Origin: Thalia democratica
Taxonomy: Eukaryota
Length of the DNA stretch: 64,000 nt
Direction: 5' to 3'
Assembly: GCA_965202585.1 (NCBI GenBank)
Contig: OZ241827.1
Coordinates: 22,568,001-22,632,000, forward strand
Within the stretch, counting starts at the first letter, position 1. The number at the start of each line of letters is the position of its first letter. The notes beneath the pieces were generated by a model. It was not told the DNA's origin and made no database searches. It saw only the letters and a program-made list of their open reading frames with translations. Positions 12,985 to 26,038 of the stretch are shown here, one piece after another. The translations under genes were made by a program, and so were the position numbers.

Positions 12985-13735
12985 TTAATATTTTTTTATA
13001 TACTTGAGGTTAGTTTTGCGACGATTATCACAAAATTCAACAAATACTTTCATCTCCCTACTTTTCTCTCATCGGAAAATTTTTGGACATCTGCTTCTAA
13101 AAACTCACAGAGGATTTCAACGGAAGACAGCAAATAATCCATGTTTTCTCTGAAAGTACTCTTTGCAGTTTTGAAAGTGAAATTTTAGGCATATACGCAG
13201 GAGTACATCAGACAATAACGGGACTCTTTTAAAACTTTGCAAGCCTTCTTCAAAAATGATTGCCCCATGAAGTCGTCAGGTGTTATAACGATCTCATCTA
13301 CCTCCATATTTTCGGCTTCACCACCACCGTTGTCTTCGGCAGCAACTTTACTTTCTTCGGCAATAGATTTTTCATGTTTGGCGTATCACATCAAAGTATT
13401 TTGCAAACTGATCTTCAGGTTCACGCTCTTCAGATTCTTGATCGATTTCCAGAACCACTTTCCTCATCCAAATTGTTTTTTCCCAGTTCTTCTTGATCTT
13501 TGCTCTCTTCCTGGCATTTATCTATCCAGTATTTCAACATCGCGCATTCTTAAGGGTAGTGAGACGGTTGCTTGCTTTTAAAGCAAATTTTGTCTCCGAA
13601 CAAAAACTGATTTTCGAACTCGTCAACCTCTTCAATTGTGGCTAAATCGCAGGTTGATTCTGATGAAAAAGTGTCTAAATTATCGAGGTATGAAGATTCG
13701 AGTTCACTATCAGTTATAGTTATATCAGTCGACAT
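12985..13735 (-). pseudogene. Intronless, internally deleted Ariadne/ARIH1-like RBR E3 ligase pseudogene
   Basis: An acidic N-terminus is followed by ICFKSKQPSHYP..CAMLKYWIDKCQEES (cf. ARIH1 [29 protein letters not shown]). Then comes QSFLKKACKVLKESRYCLMYSCVYA*..TFRENMDYLLSSVEILCEFLEAD..EFCDNRRK (cf. [55 protein letters not shown]). There are several stops and frameshifts, and no RING1 or RING2. Confidence 0.75.
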
Positions 13736-14549
13736 TTTTAAGTTAAGTAGTTAGATGATTTCTCTGTAATAATATTTTTATCAGCATGTTTGCTGATCTT
13801 TAAAAAATAAAGATCGAGTTCATTAGTATATTAATAATTATTATATTGATTATCTCACAAATTTTGATACAAAGTCTAGACTCTGGACAAATTTATTAAA
13901 GAACTAAACTAATCTTTGTAAGATTAATTCAGTGAACATCTGCTCTATTTGCATATAGATTTACACGCTAATTTAAGAGCTCTGACTATACTTAATTTTG
14001 AAAAAAAAACTTGTAACTTTGCAACCTAAACAGTAACCTTTAGGCTTTAGCTATCTTAACTACAACGGACATTTTTAATCGTCTACTGTTTAAATACAAG
14101 TTCAAATTCAAATCGTGTTTGATCAAAGTTAACTAGTTATTTACAGTTAGTGAAGAAAAGTAAAAACACTTGATTTGGGTTACTTGATTTGCAAAAAAAA
14201 ACATTTTCTACTAAGTCGGTTTTGCATCCTGAGATGTAACTCCGAGCTCTTTTAGCTACAACTGGATTTATTGAAAAGCATTTGCTAAATAACAGTTTTA
14301 TTTTCAGAATAACTCTGATTTAAGTTCATAATTTGTTACAGTTAATAGATAGTTAAAATTATTAGCTAACACTTAAAATTTTTGTAATGGTCTTAATCTC
14401 ACTTTATCAATTTTGCCATTCTTTGAAGCAAAAAACCTAGCCTTAGTCAGCTTATACTTAACTTAAATTAAATAAGTTTATGTTAGAAAAATAGCAAAAG
14501 TTACGTATTTGTAACTTAATAAAAATACTTCAATTCTAAAAATATAGTA

Positions 14550-17500
14550 TTTTTGTGCGGTTTTAAATTTTGCTATTTTAAATTGGTAGGAGCTTTTACA
14601 ACATTTTCTTGTCTTAATTAAAAAAAATTAACTAAGTATTACTTTTTCTTTATAAACTTTATTATCTAAGTTACTAACTGTTGTACTTATTTTATTTATG
14701 AAAACAATAATAAACGTTTACATACGTAATTTAACGAAAACTTTAACGTAAGATAGCAGGTATGCAATGTAATTTGTTAGTCGTTTTTGCATGCGGACTG
14801 ATATCTATGGTGATTTGTTTTATTTTTAAATAATATATTTTCATCAGACGCTTACTTACTTCTTATATAGCTTCTATCCGTATTTGTTCGTTTAAAAAAC
14901 TTATAAAATTCACTTATATTCTTAATATCTATTGTTGAACATAACTATAAACTAATTTATTTTGAAAACCTTAATATTTCTTGCTTTTAACTTGAGCATT
15001 TTATCAAAATACTTTTAATAGAAGAACGTGACAATGTTATATTTTTGCGAGGCTAAGTATTTTTAGTGTGATGAAGTTCTATTTATAGTATTCATAACAT
15101 ATTATATTTTAAGTTGCTATGTTGTTTTGCTGTATCACATGCATTAAAACATCAATAACTCTTAATGATAACTACCGTAAAAAGTTGATAACACATCAAA
15201 AATTATATCTGCAAACAACTTAAATTATTAAATTTTTGTTATATACTTTTATTTTTGTGATGACTACAATAAAGTAACAAATATATTTAAAAATTAATTA
15301 CAAGCAAATAAAAAGTAAATACTTTTAATGATTTTCTCAGACTAAAAACATTTTTAACGTACTTAATTTAACTATTTTAAAAATAAAATGTCTTTTAAAA
15401 ATATTTTTTAATATATTCAATATTTCTTTAGTTTTCGGTTTATGTTATTAGTAAATCTTAAAGTATAACAGCTATTTTTCTACACGGAAAGTATTGAAGA
15501 TATTCTACACATACTACATTATTACGTCACTATAACTTTCTTAAAGTTTTGTATAATGTTGTGGTTTAAAGTTTTGTATAATGTATAAACTTTGTTATTA
15601 ATTATTGTTTGTAAGATTTCTGTTATTCTCGTACAGTTATTCCTCTTTTTTAGTTGATACAATGGCTTCACTTTTTAATAAACAACTGAATAACTTTTAT
15701 TATTTTAAATACTTTAGTTTGAGTGCTTTAATTTAGACAAAAGTATTTTGTTATCATTCTTTTTATACTTTTACGTCTGACTTACAAACCTATTGAACCT
15801 TCATCTAAATTCTTATCCTTTCAAGTTACTCTTTTTTAACAAATCTAATATGCAGCATGAGTCGTAAAGAGTTAAGTAACTTTGAAAGTCAAGAAACTTG
15901 AAGAGAGGTTAGTGAGTTTTCCAATTAATTTTTTAAAGTTTTCTACCTAATTCAAAATTACTACGAAAAGGTTTATCTTTTCAAGATATTTTTTTCACAA
16001 AATACTCAGCGTAAGATCTGCAAAACTTTGTTCCGTCTTTGTTTTATTCAACTTATATTTTTTTTTTATCTTTTCATTTTAGTAATTCCATAAAACATTA
16101 TTTGTTTCTAAATTCTTCATCTGCTCGAAATATTTAAATATAACATTGAATATTAATATTAGTATTTTTTTTTTGAACATAAAATAGTTTATTACATGAC
16201 CAGAAATATAGCAAAATAGAGTAAAATAACTATACAACATGTTACTGAAAATCTCCTTGACAAATTAATATGCTTTTACTTTTTTTACAGTTTACTTTTT
16301 TTACTACAAACATTTGACTTGTGATAGTTTGTTTAAGCTACAATTAATTTTTTTTCTCACTAATCTTGTCTGTGTTATAAGAGAATCTTTCAAGTTTGGA
16401 TAACTAAACATTTAAAAAGGATTATACTTAATATGAGCAAGTTATTGTATTCTACTCTTTTATAAGTAAAAAGAATGCATAATTTAAATTTTTGATTCAA
16501 CGTTCTTGCAAAAATAACTCTCTTTTAAATTAACAGATAAAATTGTTTACTGCTAAATAATTTTCAGGAAAATTACGATCAAAGTAATTAAAGTTATATA
16601 TTCTATCTATAGGAAACACAATCAATATTTTGTATATTTATGAATACTAGAATCTTATATAACAATTCCGAATTGATCCTTGTTTTTAATTCACTTGTGT
16701 TTCCAACAAAGTAAACTGTTATTTGTTTTTATTGCAGTTTGAAAACACGTTTTTTTTCGTATTTACTTTAAGAGAAAAGTCTTTCTTGTCTAATTTCAGA
16801 TTGAAATGCACTTTTTTTTATCTATATCTATCAAATTGTCTTGAAAAATTTCATAAATTAGTTAGAGGTGAGCAAATTTACATTAAAAAACTTCTTAAAA
16901 CGAGTCTTTTTAGGCAACGTAATTTAAATTTTATAGAAATCTAAACTACAAAAGACTTGTTTAAGAGCAAAGTTGTAATGAAATAATCAATTTTTAAACC
17001 ACGTCTGTTATTTTCTTTAGATCATTGTCTTGAGTTATTTTCAATGCTTTTAAAAACAATTTCATTAAGCTTGTCAAACAGAAAAGAAATGTTCTTATTT
17101 GTCTTTCATATGAATATTCTAATTTCAAATACATTTATAATTTCCTCTGTTAAATCTAATTTTTATTATTTTCTTTTTTAAATACTGTTGCCCTTTTATT
17201 GTTTATTGAACGACAAAAAAATCGGTTTAAGGACCTAGTGTACAAAAAAACATTTCGGTTATCAAGTCGTACATCAATTGGATACAGTTTAACGTTTTGT
17301 CCAGGTCTTTATAAACTTTTTATACCTTTGAAGAACTAAACTAGGTTTTTTTCAAAGTTCTCATATATTTTATTGATTTTTTGTTTAAATTCTTTTATAA
17401 TCCTTTTAGCAGTATAATGCTGAACTAATTTAAATCAGCAGTGTTTGAGTAGTACGATCCTGAGAAAAGCTATGTGAAGCAAGTTTTGCATCACAACAAC

Positions 17501-20500
17501 CATAGTCTTGTATCTCAATACAATTATACTTAACTTATAATTAAACAAAATACTGCTGCTAAGTTTATTTTTTTAAGTTGCATGTTTCTAACTGTTTTCC
17601 GTTAGTATTGTTTTGCATTCTTTATTGTTTAAATACTGCCTCGTTCAAATGAATTAGGATCATCCAACTCCGTGATATAATCCTGAGATAGATATCTATG
17701 GGACGCCAATTTTGCATTACAACAACCATAGTCTGTATAATCTCTCTAAACCTAAACAAGGTTTAACTACAGATTGACTACTTCTATAATGCGAGCATCA
17801 CAACAACCATAGTCTTGCCTTGTATACCCATACAAAGCAACTACTAGTGCCTTCAGAAAAGACTCCAGAAAAACAAGCTTGGGTTGCTACACCGGAGAGA
17901 AATGCTCTTGCTGGAGCTCTCCCGTTGTACCAGCGCTCGCTCAAGATCTTCAAATGTGAGCAGCTTTGTTGGGTCGATGCCACAGTTTTGAAGCACCTCA
18001 ACAACCTTGAAGTAGTATTCAGGTCGCAAACAAAACTGTGTCATTGACTGAAAGAGGTTTTTCTTAACAGTTGCTTTTAACATACAAGACAAGCCTAGGT
18101 TGTTTAAATTTCTTCATGGTTTTTAACTTGAAAAACTTAAGTTAGGTTTTGTTTCTTGAAAGCACTTATTTCTATTGTTTAAATACTCTAATAGTTATTT
18201 TCAGAAAATAGAAATTAAAACCTGAACTAATTTAAATCAGGGTTGTCTGGTTCAGTAGTACGATCTTTAGATGTTAGACTTCTTGTAACCAGTTCTAAAT
18301 CTAAAATAAATATATTTTTGCTTAAGGACCTATATAATGTTTATTTATTTTTATAATCCAAGCTTTCTGATTTTTTTATGCACTCACAAGACTGATAAAT
18401 TAAGCAAAAATTGAAAGACTTTTTTCAACACGCTTGTAACTCTTTCCTTAAATGAATTTTTATCAGATACTTTTTCCAATTTGTTAACAATAACAACGTT
18501 TTACTAATCTTTTTTTCATCACCGCGATGATACTCTTCTCGTGTTTCTTTTACAATAATTTTAATTAAACGATTTAGTCATTCCTGGCTTGTTACAAAGG
18601 AGAGAAATGTTCTTGCTTGAGTAACAGCGCCTCCTTAAGGTCTTTTAACTAAAGCAGCTTTAATGGGTCGAAGCAATGCTTTTTCAGTATTTCAATTATT
18701 TTCAAGTTTTTAGAAGGATAAATTTCAAGTTCGGTCATTGATCGTAAAATGGTTTTTCTTTAACACAAACTTAGAATTTTTTCCACTGACTTACATTATA
18801 GCTCTTATTTCTTTTTAAAGGAGGTAAATCAATTGCAACTGTTTTGGTCATGCTTTGAAAAATTTTAGTTAGAGACTTTGTTGAAGTTTCAAACTTTACT
18901 AAGAACTTAAAAATGCTGAAGTAAAAGTTTTAGCGAGGTCTTGAATAATTCGTAAATTTTTGTTTTCGTTTATAAACTCTAGAGTACTGTAGTATTTCTT
19001 CTTAAAATATTTTATTTATTTTCATCTAAAATAAAATTGTTGACGATACTTTCTATATCATTTAAGTACACTTTTTATATTTTTCATGCAAGTTGTTGAC
19101 ATTGCATATAATTTACAAATCTTAAATTATTTAACTACTAATTTAATATATACTTTAAATCAAAAACAAAAGCTACCTCTTTTTATATTCTTTTTTTTGA
19201 GGTTTTTCCGACGATTTTATTCTATTTACAATAAACATAGTAGTATTTTTTGAAGAAGATACTTTTAAGCAGATTACAACAAAAGTCTTTATTTGTTTTA
19301 CTTACTCTAACAATTTTGCTTTAATTATTAGCATTAAAGGATGTTATAGAATACCAACAAATAAGTTTATAGTTTCTTATAAAAGTGATAAAGTTTTTTG
19401 TTAAAATATCAATTGCAACTTAATATAACTCAACTTTTTGCTTAGTATATTTCTGACCACAGATTTTTTTGTTGTAGATTTGAAATAAAACTGTTTTATC
19501 AATAAACTTCAAACAAAAATCATGAAAACATGCAATGATTTACCATTTATAGTTTACTCTAATGCATGTTACTTGATAAGAAAAAAGTGCTTAGATAATT
19601 GACTTACATTTTTGCTCGACAAGGTTGTTTAAGAAGAATTGAGTTAGCCCTTTGTGTTTTCTATTTATCTACATGAGTTTAAATTTTTTTCTTTTCCCAA
19701 AATTTATTTTTAGTTTAGTCGGTATAAGAGTTATGGTTCGTTTTATATAAAATGTTCAAATGACAGAATTTTCGTTGAGTATCGTTAAGTAAAAGGCATT
19801 TTTAGTTTTAAGCAGTAGAGGTGTGTTGTGACAAAACTTAAAGTGTGTTCCTCTATTTATGTTAGACTGAAAACCCTAAATAAATGATAAAAATACTTTG
19901 AGAGCTATATTTAATGATTATGAGCTTTTTTTAAATGATTTTGTATAATAAAACTAAAAGATAATGTAATAATTTGATTAAAAAAGCTTATTTAACAAAG
20001 TGTAACTTTATGATTATTGATAAAGGTTTTAGTGATTTTGTTGGACAAACTTATGAAAGTAAATTGGTAACTTTCAAATAGAAATTCGAAGATAAAAATA
20101 TCATTTCTTTAATGTCAGAAACATTCAAGTTTGTACAAGAGCATTTTTACAAACGACTATATTTAGTTTACTTTCATTTAACTAGGTAAAGTATAAGACT
20201 ATGGCTTTGTTAAGACGAAATCAAGTTTCTAAAAATAACATAATTGAAAAACCTGTTTAAATAAGCAAACTTAGACCTTTAAAACCAACGATCGAATACT
20301 TTTATATTGGCAAGAAAGAGTTTTTATATTCTAAAAAATATCAAGTTATACTTATAATAAAGTCTGAAAAAAAACCAAGTACTGTCAAGCCTGTTTAAAA
20401 ACTTTCAAAAATCTATGTTATTTAATGCATAAAATTTTCACAGCAAGACAGATTTGGTTTAGTAGTTGTAAAAATTTAATCTTGCTTCTTTCAATTACTA

Positions 20501-21350
20501 AATACTACTACAAAACTTTAAACATCAAGACAGTTTAGATTTGAAAAAAAATGTATAATTACCAATCATATTTTATAAAGCACAACTTTTTTTGAACATT
20601 TTAACATCATTTACGATATCTTAAAATTATTATCAATAATAAGTGTAAACTGCCAAATAAAATCGTTTGAATTATAAACTGCCTTTTAAGTTTAGGATAA
20701 TCAGGTCTAAAATTAAGCAGTGTTAAAAATGTGATTTTAAACATGCTTAAAATACTAAATTAAAGCTTTGATAAACGTATATTAATAAAAGAAGAATACA
20801 TTTTTGTTAGCTTGATATTTTATATCCGTTAAAAAACAGAATAAATACATGAGTTAAAATTTTGTTTTTTAATGTTTTAGTTGAAAATTAAAAAAAAAAA
20901 CAAGTACTTTTAAGGTATATGATATAAACGACTTACACATCATAATTTAAAATATTCTTGTAATCAAACAAAAAGTACTGTAGTTTAGTTTTTTTATTTA
21001 AACTAATTTTAAGTTCAAAGTTGTTTTCTCTTAGATTTTTTTTTCTTGTGTTGTTTAAATATTGTATCTATAAACCCTTAAAAACCTAAACAAGGTTTAA
21101 CTACAGATTGTCTACTTCTATAATGCGATGTGCATCACAACAACCATAGTCTTGTCTTGTATACCCATACAAAGCAACTACTAGTGCCTTCAGAAAAGAC
21201 TCCAACAAGCTTGGCTTGCTACACCGGAGAGAAATGCTCTTGCTGGAGCTCCCCCGTTGTACCAGCGCTCGCTCAAGATCTTCAAATGTGAGCAGCTTTG
21301 TTGGGTCGATGCCACAGTTTTGAAGCACCTCAACTACCTTGAAGTAGTAT
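14550..21350 (-). repeat. Left arm of a ~7-kb imperfect inverted segmental duplication
   Basis: Colinear reverse-complement anchors: 14875/32483, 15849/31519, 16420/30940, 16943/30448, 17198/30195, 18516/29490, 19088/28896, 20124/27707 and 21132/26688. Identity is about 70-80% by eye. Confidence 0.9.
17746..18102 (-). pseudogene. Silent near-identical copy of the 3' end of the 682-aa orphan ORF
   Basis: It is a direct repeat of 21083-21439 (~93-95% identity by eye) with small indels that break the frame. Confidence 0.9.
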
Positions 21351-23149
21351 TCAGGTCGCAAACAAAACTGTGTCATCGATATGAAGAATTTTTTCTGAAA
21401 TGTGCAGTTGCTTTTAACAGACATGACAAGCCTAGGTTGCTGGTCCGCGGTTAGTGTTGACTCCTGGTTCTTTTCCAGAACAGTTTGGCAAACTACGTTC
21501 GTCAAACTGCTGCTGCTCTTCCTTAAGAAAGAAGATGGCAAACAGATAGAGCTGTCTGATTGCAAAGATTTAGTTTCGCTGAAACTTTCCGAAGCTAATT
21601 CGTCAATGATGCAGATGGTTGTGTTTGAAGGTTTGTGAGAGCCATAAGAACGTGAGCAGCTTGTCGTAGTAAAAATCTCTTCACTGCTTGGAAAAGAAGC
21701 TTCATCCTTCAAATACTTCTGCTCGTTTTCACTGAGTAAGTTTTCCGCTTTTTCCACAAAAACTTTCCAGATAGAAGTTATCGAAATGTTAGAAATCGCT
21801 TCTACAATCAGCTCTGTGGGTAGTTCTTGCATCAATGATTTGATAACGTTCGGTTCAAGCGAATCTATGACTTTTTCGAGCATCATAAAGTCATTTAGAT
21901 CTATCAAACTGCAAGCGACTCCAGCTGAACTCAGAACATAAATACAAGCGTTTTGATCTAGGTAATTAATAACATGCATTAATTTTCTGTAAGAAATTTC
22001 CAAGAAAACAGAACTTATGTATTCTATTTCGTCTCGGCCAATGTTGTTGGTAGATTGTGTCAGCATTGAATTTAAGAGTTTGTTTAGTGTTTTTAATTGA
22101 AAAACAAACTTATATTTTGGGTGCTGTTTTATGCTTAAAACAGAATCAAAGTCTTCAAGATTAAACGAAGATAACAACAACGTAAAGTTTTCATAGCTGA
22201 AGTATGTTTTGGCATTTTCAATTTGCGAGTGTGAGGGCTCTTCTACCAAGTCATTCACCATAACGTCACCTGCATCTGGAAACAGTTTAGTAGCTTCTTT
22301 CGGTGAGTGTATCAAAAGCTTTTGAATTATTTCGTTTTCCCCAAGCTCATCAATGATTTCAAAAACTATGTTTTTGTACGCTTTTTCCAATTCAACCTTG
22401 AGCGAGCATCTTTTTTCAAATTTCTTTACGCATTCGTTGAAACATTTCTCATAAAGGTCTTTGTTGCTTTTCGAAGAAGTTAAAAATCGTAAGACTTCTT
22501 CAGAAGGTAAGCTTTTTATTATTTGTTGAATTAGCATAACTTGTATCGAGGACAAATTACTAAATGAAGTATCATTCACAACCTGATCAGAGTTCATTCC
22601 GACTATTTTCCGGTAGCTGGACTTAAAAGTAGATCTAATTGTGCGTAAAAATATTTCTGGTCGTAAATCAACAAAATCTGAGATAGCTTCTTCTACAAGC
22701 ATGCTTTGCGTATGATCGCCTTCTTGGTTTAATTTGCTTGCTTCAGAAACAGCCCTTTTTGACATTTTGAGTGTTTGATCGTGGCCAGCGTGCAACAGTT
22801 CATCCTTAGTATTTTCTTTATCACAAGAAGTCAGCTGGTCAAAAGCTCTTTTTATAGCGGCATTCAGTCCGAAAAATTTTATAGCATCTTTTTTGTCTTC
22901 GAAGAAATAGCTTGAATGGTCATTTAATAAATTAGAGCTGACATCGTTTTCTGTGCATACGCTGTCATTTGCGTATATTACTTTCACATCGCTGACTGAT
23001 GACTTGATACTATTTTCTTCGTCAAAGTCTAAGGAGCTGAGAACTATAAAGTATTTGTTGGGGTTGTGGATAATTTTCTTGCATTCATAATACTTAATCA
23101 CGAAAGTAAAAATGACGCTAAATATAAATATAGCTGCAGTTGCCATCAT
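21101..23149 (-). CDS. Intronless 682-aa orphan protein with N-terminal hydrophobic segment (signal/anchor)
   Basis: The ORF is open for 2049 nt with a true ATG preceded by ACACAG|GTACTA. The N-terminus is MMATAAIFIFSVIFTFVIK, followed by a helical-looking body, a Ser-rich linker at ~490-560 and a C-terminal module ...QDYGCCDAHRIIEVDNL. I recognise no family. Confidence 0.85.
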   Translation of the reverse strand: MMATAAIFIFSVIFTFVIKYYECKKIIHNPNKYFIVLSSLDFDEENSIKSSVSDVKVIYANDSVCTENDVSSNLLNDHSSYFFEDKKDAIKFFGLNAAIKRAFDQLTSCDKENTKDELLHAGHDQTLKMSKRAVSEASKLNQEGDHTQSMLVEEAISDFVDLRPEIFLRTIRSTFKSSYRKIVGMNSDQVVNDTSFSNLSSIQVMLIQQIIKSLPSEEVLRFLTSSKSNKDLYEKCFNECVKKFEKRCSLKVELEKAYKNIVFEIIDELGENEIIQKLLIHSPKEATKLFPDAGDVMVNDLVEEPSHSQIENAKTYFSYENFTLLLSSFNLEDFDSVLSIKQHPKYKFVFQLKTLNKLLNSMLTQSTNNIGRDEIEYISSVFLEISYRKLMHVINYLDQNACIYVLSSAGVACSLIDLNDFMMLEKVIDSLEPNVIKSLMQELPTELIVEAISNISITSIWKVFVEKAENLLSENEQKYLKDEASFPSSEEIFTTTSCSRSYGSHKPSNTTICIIDELASESFSETKSLQSDSSICLPSSFLRKSSSSLTNVVCQTVLEKNQESTLTADQQPRLVMSVKSNCTFQKKFFISMTQFCLRPEYYFKVVEVLQNCGIDPTKLLTFEDLERALVQRGSSSKSISLRCSKPSLLESFLKALVVALYGYTRQDYGCCDAHRIIEVDNL

Positions 23150-26038
23150 TAGTACCTGTGTTTAATTTTTTCGATCTTAATTTAAAAGTTTTGAGTTTAC
23201 TTTTAGTATAAAACTTCGGATCACGTAAAATAATGACCCGGGGTTAATTATTTTTCCTTGATTTTAGCTGGGGTCTTTTTTTTACTTGATTCAAATTTTA
23301 CTCGAGTAATATTTTTTACTTGTTCAAACGTTTGGGGTCATATTTTACTTGATAAAAAGTTATTAATTGTCAATCAAACGTTTGCTTAAAATAAAAACAA
23401 AATAAAGACTAAACATTAAAAAGAAAAAAATAGTTTTTTAATAAGCCATTTTCGTAAATGACAAAATAATTTTTGCAATGACCTTAAAAACTTTAGTCAA
23501 CTTTGTTAAAAAAAATACTAGAATGATATTATTCGTTTGACAAACCAGTACTGTAGTTATTGGAGCTTTTGACTGTACCATCAAAATGTAGATCACAATA
23601 TAACAGCCTGCTATACCTGCATAGAAACAGGTCTCCTAAAAAAATTGTATTAATTATTTTAACTTCGAAAGAGCTTAATGTATTACCATGAAAACTAAGA
23701 GAAGCTCGTAAACGTGTTTATACTAAAAGAATTTTACTGTTATAAATACGAAAACTCTTATATATACAAACTAACAAAAAAAGGAACTAGTATATTTTTC
23801 CACTATGTCAAATTAAAAAAATTTACACATATTTAGTGTTTGATAAATAGCGTAAATTAAACAATCTTAGTTTCCTTGAAAAACCTCTTTTCATAGTGTA
23901 TACACTTTAAAATTAGTTTTTTAACTAAAAGACATTTACAAGTGTCTTTAATACCTATGTTCAACTTAAAATTTCTAAATTAAAGTAAAGTATGCAACGG
24001 GGCTTTGATTTTAAGTAATAAAACTTGATTTACTAAAAAATTATGCTTTTTATTGTTGCTGTTATTGGTTTAAGTTACAATTATAAAAAGAAATGCTAAA
24101 CTTAAATCGCTGTAAAATGGGTAAAATACATCTAGATGGAGTTAGCAAAACAAATTACAAAATTAGAAACTTGAAGAAGTTAATCATCACAAAGATTACT
24201 ACTTTAAACATAAATTAATGCAAAGCTTTATAGGAAAATACATAAATTAGTATAAAGTTTTGTTAAACAGCAATTTAAAGTTCAAAAAAAATAAATACAA
24301 AATCTTCTTTGTTAGAAACAAAACTCTTCAACTAGTAAAAGTTAACCAGTAAAAGAAGTTCACAAAATCTAAGATAAAATTTAAAACCAAGAAAACTTTC
24401 TGCATTGTAAAAATCATGAAATCAAGACTTAAACAAGTCTTTTATTCATAACCAAAATTTAAGTCATTAACTTTGTTCGCTTAGTTTTTTTTTTAACTTA
24501 TACAAAAGTATTTTTGTTTATGCTGAGAAAAGATGAAACAGATCAGCTTACAATGATCATCAGAGTCAGCACTTTTTTCATCGATCTGCGACAGTTGCAG
24601 CACAATTGAAGCAGTGACGCAGCACAAAGGACCGCCGAGCAACTGACGCTTGCCACAGAAACTTCAAGAAAGCAAAACTTTCTCAACTTATCTTTTGTCT
24701 CCGAGTTTTCGAAGAAGAACGTCGTTAGAGCCGAAACTGCTACAAGCTAAAAGGATATGCTTGTTTAGAATTCTTTAAAAAAAACTTTTATAAACTTAAT
24801 GAGCTTTTCATTAGTTAATAAAGTTAAAATGCAAAAGTGTAGATACTTTTATGTTATAGTAGAGCTCTGAGCAGTGGTCTTAAATAAATTTTTATTTGTT
24901 TTCATTTTTTTTAACATGTTGCTTTATAAAGTAAACAAACTAGTGTAGATTATGTTAAAAGACATTAACTTTTGGAAATTAAGAGCAAGTTATTTCTCAA
25001 AACCAAAACAACTACTTCGGTGCACTAAACTTGAACGAAAAATTTTCATTTAAGTTTTGCTTACTAAATAAAATGTTTCCAACTAACATTTTTAATAAAC
25101 GAGTAATATTAATGATGGATTTTTTAATAACTTATTTTTTTTTATTCTCATCAATTGCCATTTTGTGTTAGATAATTCAAAATTATTTTATAACAACAAA
25201 AATAACTTTAAATTATGTAATAAACTTTTTGTATAAAAATACGGTAAATATCGACAATATAATTAGTATTTATTTGCTTCATTGTAGATTAACTTTTTAG
25301 TTTAAAGTAGTCGAAATTCTTTAAAAATAGTTGATGTTTCTAAAACGCGGTAAATACACTAACAGATACTTAATTCATAACAAGACCTTGCATATTTACT
25401 TTGCATTATTTTAAAAAAGAAGTTATTATTATTCAATACCATTCTATAAAATATTAATGAATTTCTTTCATTAAGGTTTTTTATCACGTTTAGTCAGGTT
25501 ATTATTAGTTTATAGCAAATACATAGTCAATAAAAAACTACTTAAATCTTTAAACTTTAATTATAGAGTTTTATGTAAAAGTTAAGTATCATAAAACGAG
25601 TTATGTAAAACTATAAAAGTATTTTAATAGTGTTTAATTAATTATAAAGACATCTTTAAACTTAGAACGGAAGCTTACGATTTGAAGAAGTTTCATCAAT
25701 ATTGTAGAGCTGCATCTGTTGATATTAGGACAATGTTTGCCTGAGGAACTTTTTTCATCCTCTATTTGAATGGAAACGCTTTCCTCGAGCATTGAAATGC
25801 TTTTATTGATATTATCCATGATTTTTATAAACAAATGTTTAAAAGAAATCCGGAAATTTGGTTTAATTTATTTTAAAAAGTTTTGATAGTTTGTAAGTTA
25901 TAATAAAAACTTTTATGACGCATTTTACGGAGGTTAATCGTTACGCAAAAATTATATAAATTTCAAGTTTTACTTAAAAAAAAGATAAACTCCTTTATAA
26001 AAAACCATAATTAGTTTTATATTAAATTATATATAGAA

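Noticed and set aside
13237-13581. Plus-strand 114-aa and 78-aa ORFs
   Set aside because: These are antisense shadows of the Ariadne pseudogene.
25634-25834. 66-aa ORF with KHCPNINRCSSTI, resembling the start of an Ariadne RING2
   Set aside because: There are only two Cys and the rest of the motif is absent; this is too weak to call.
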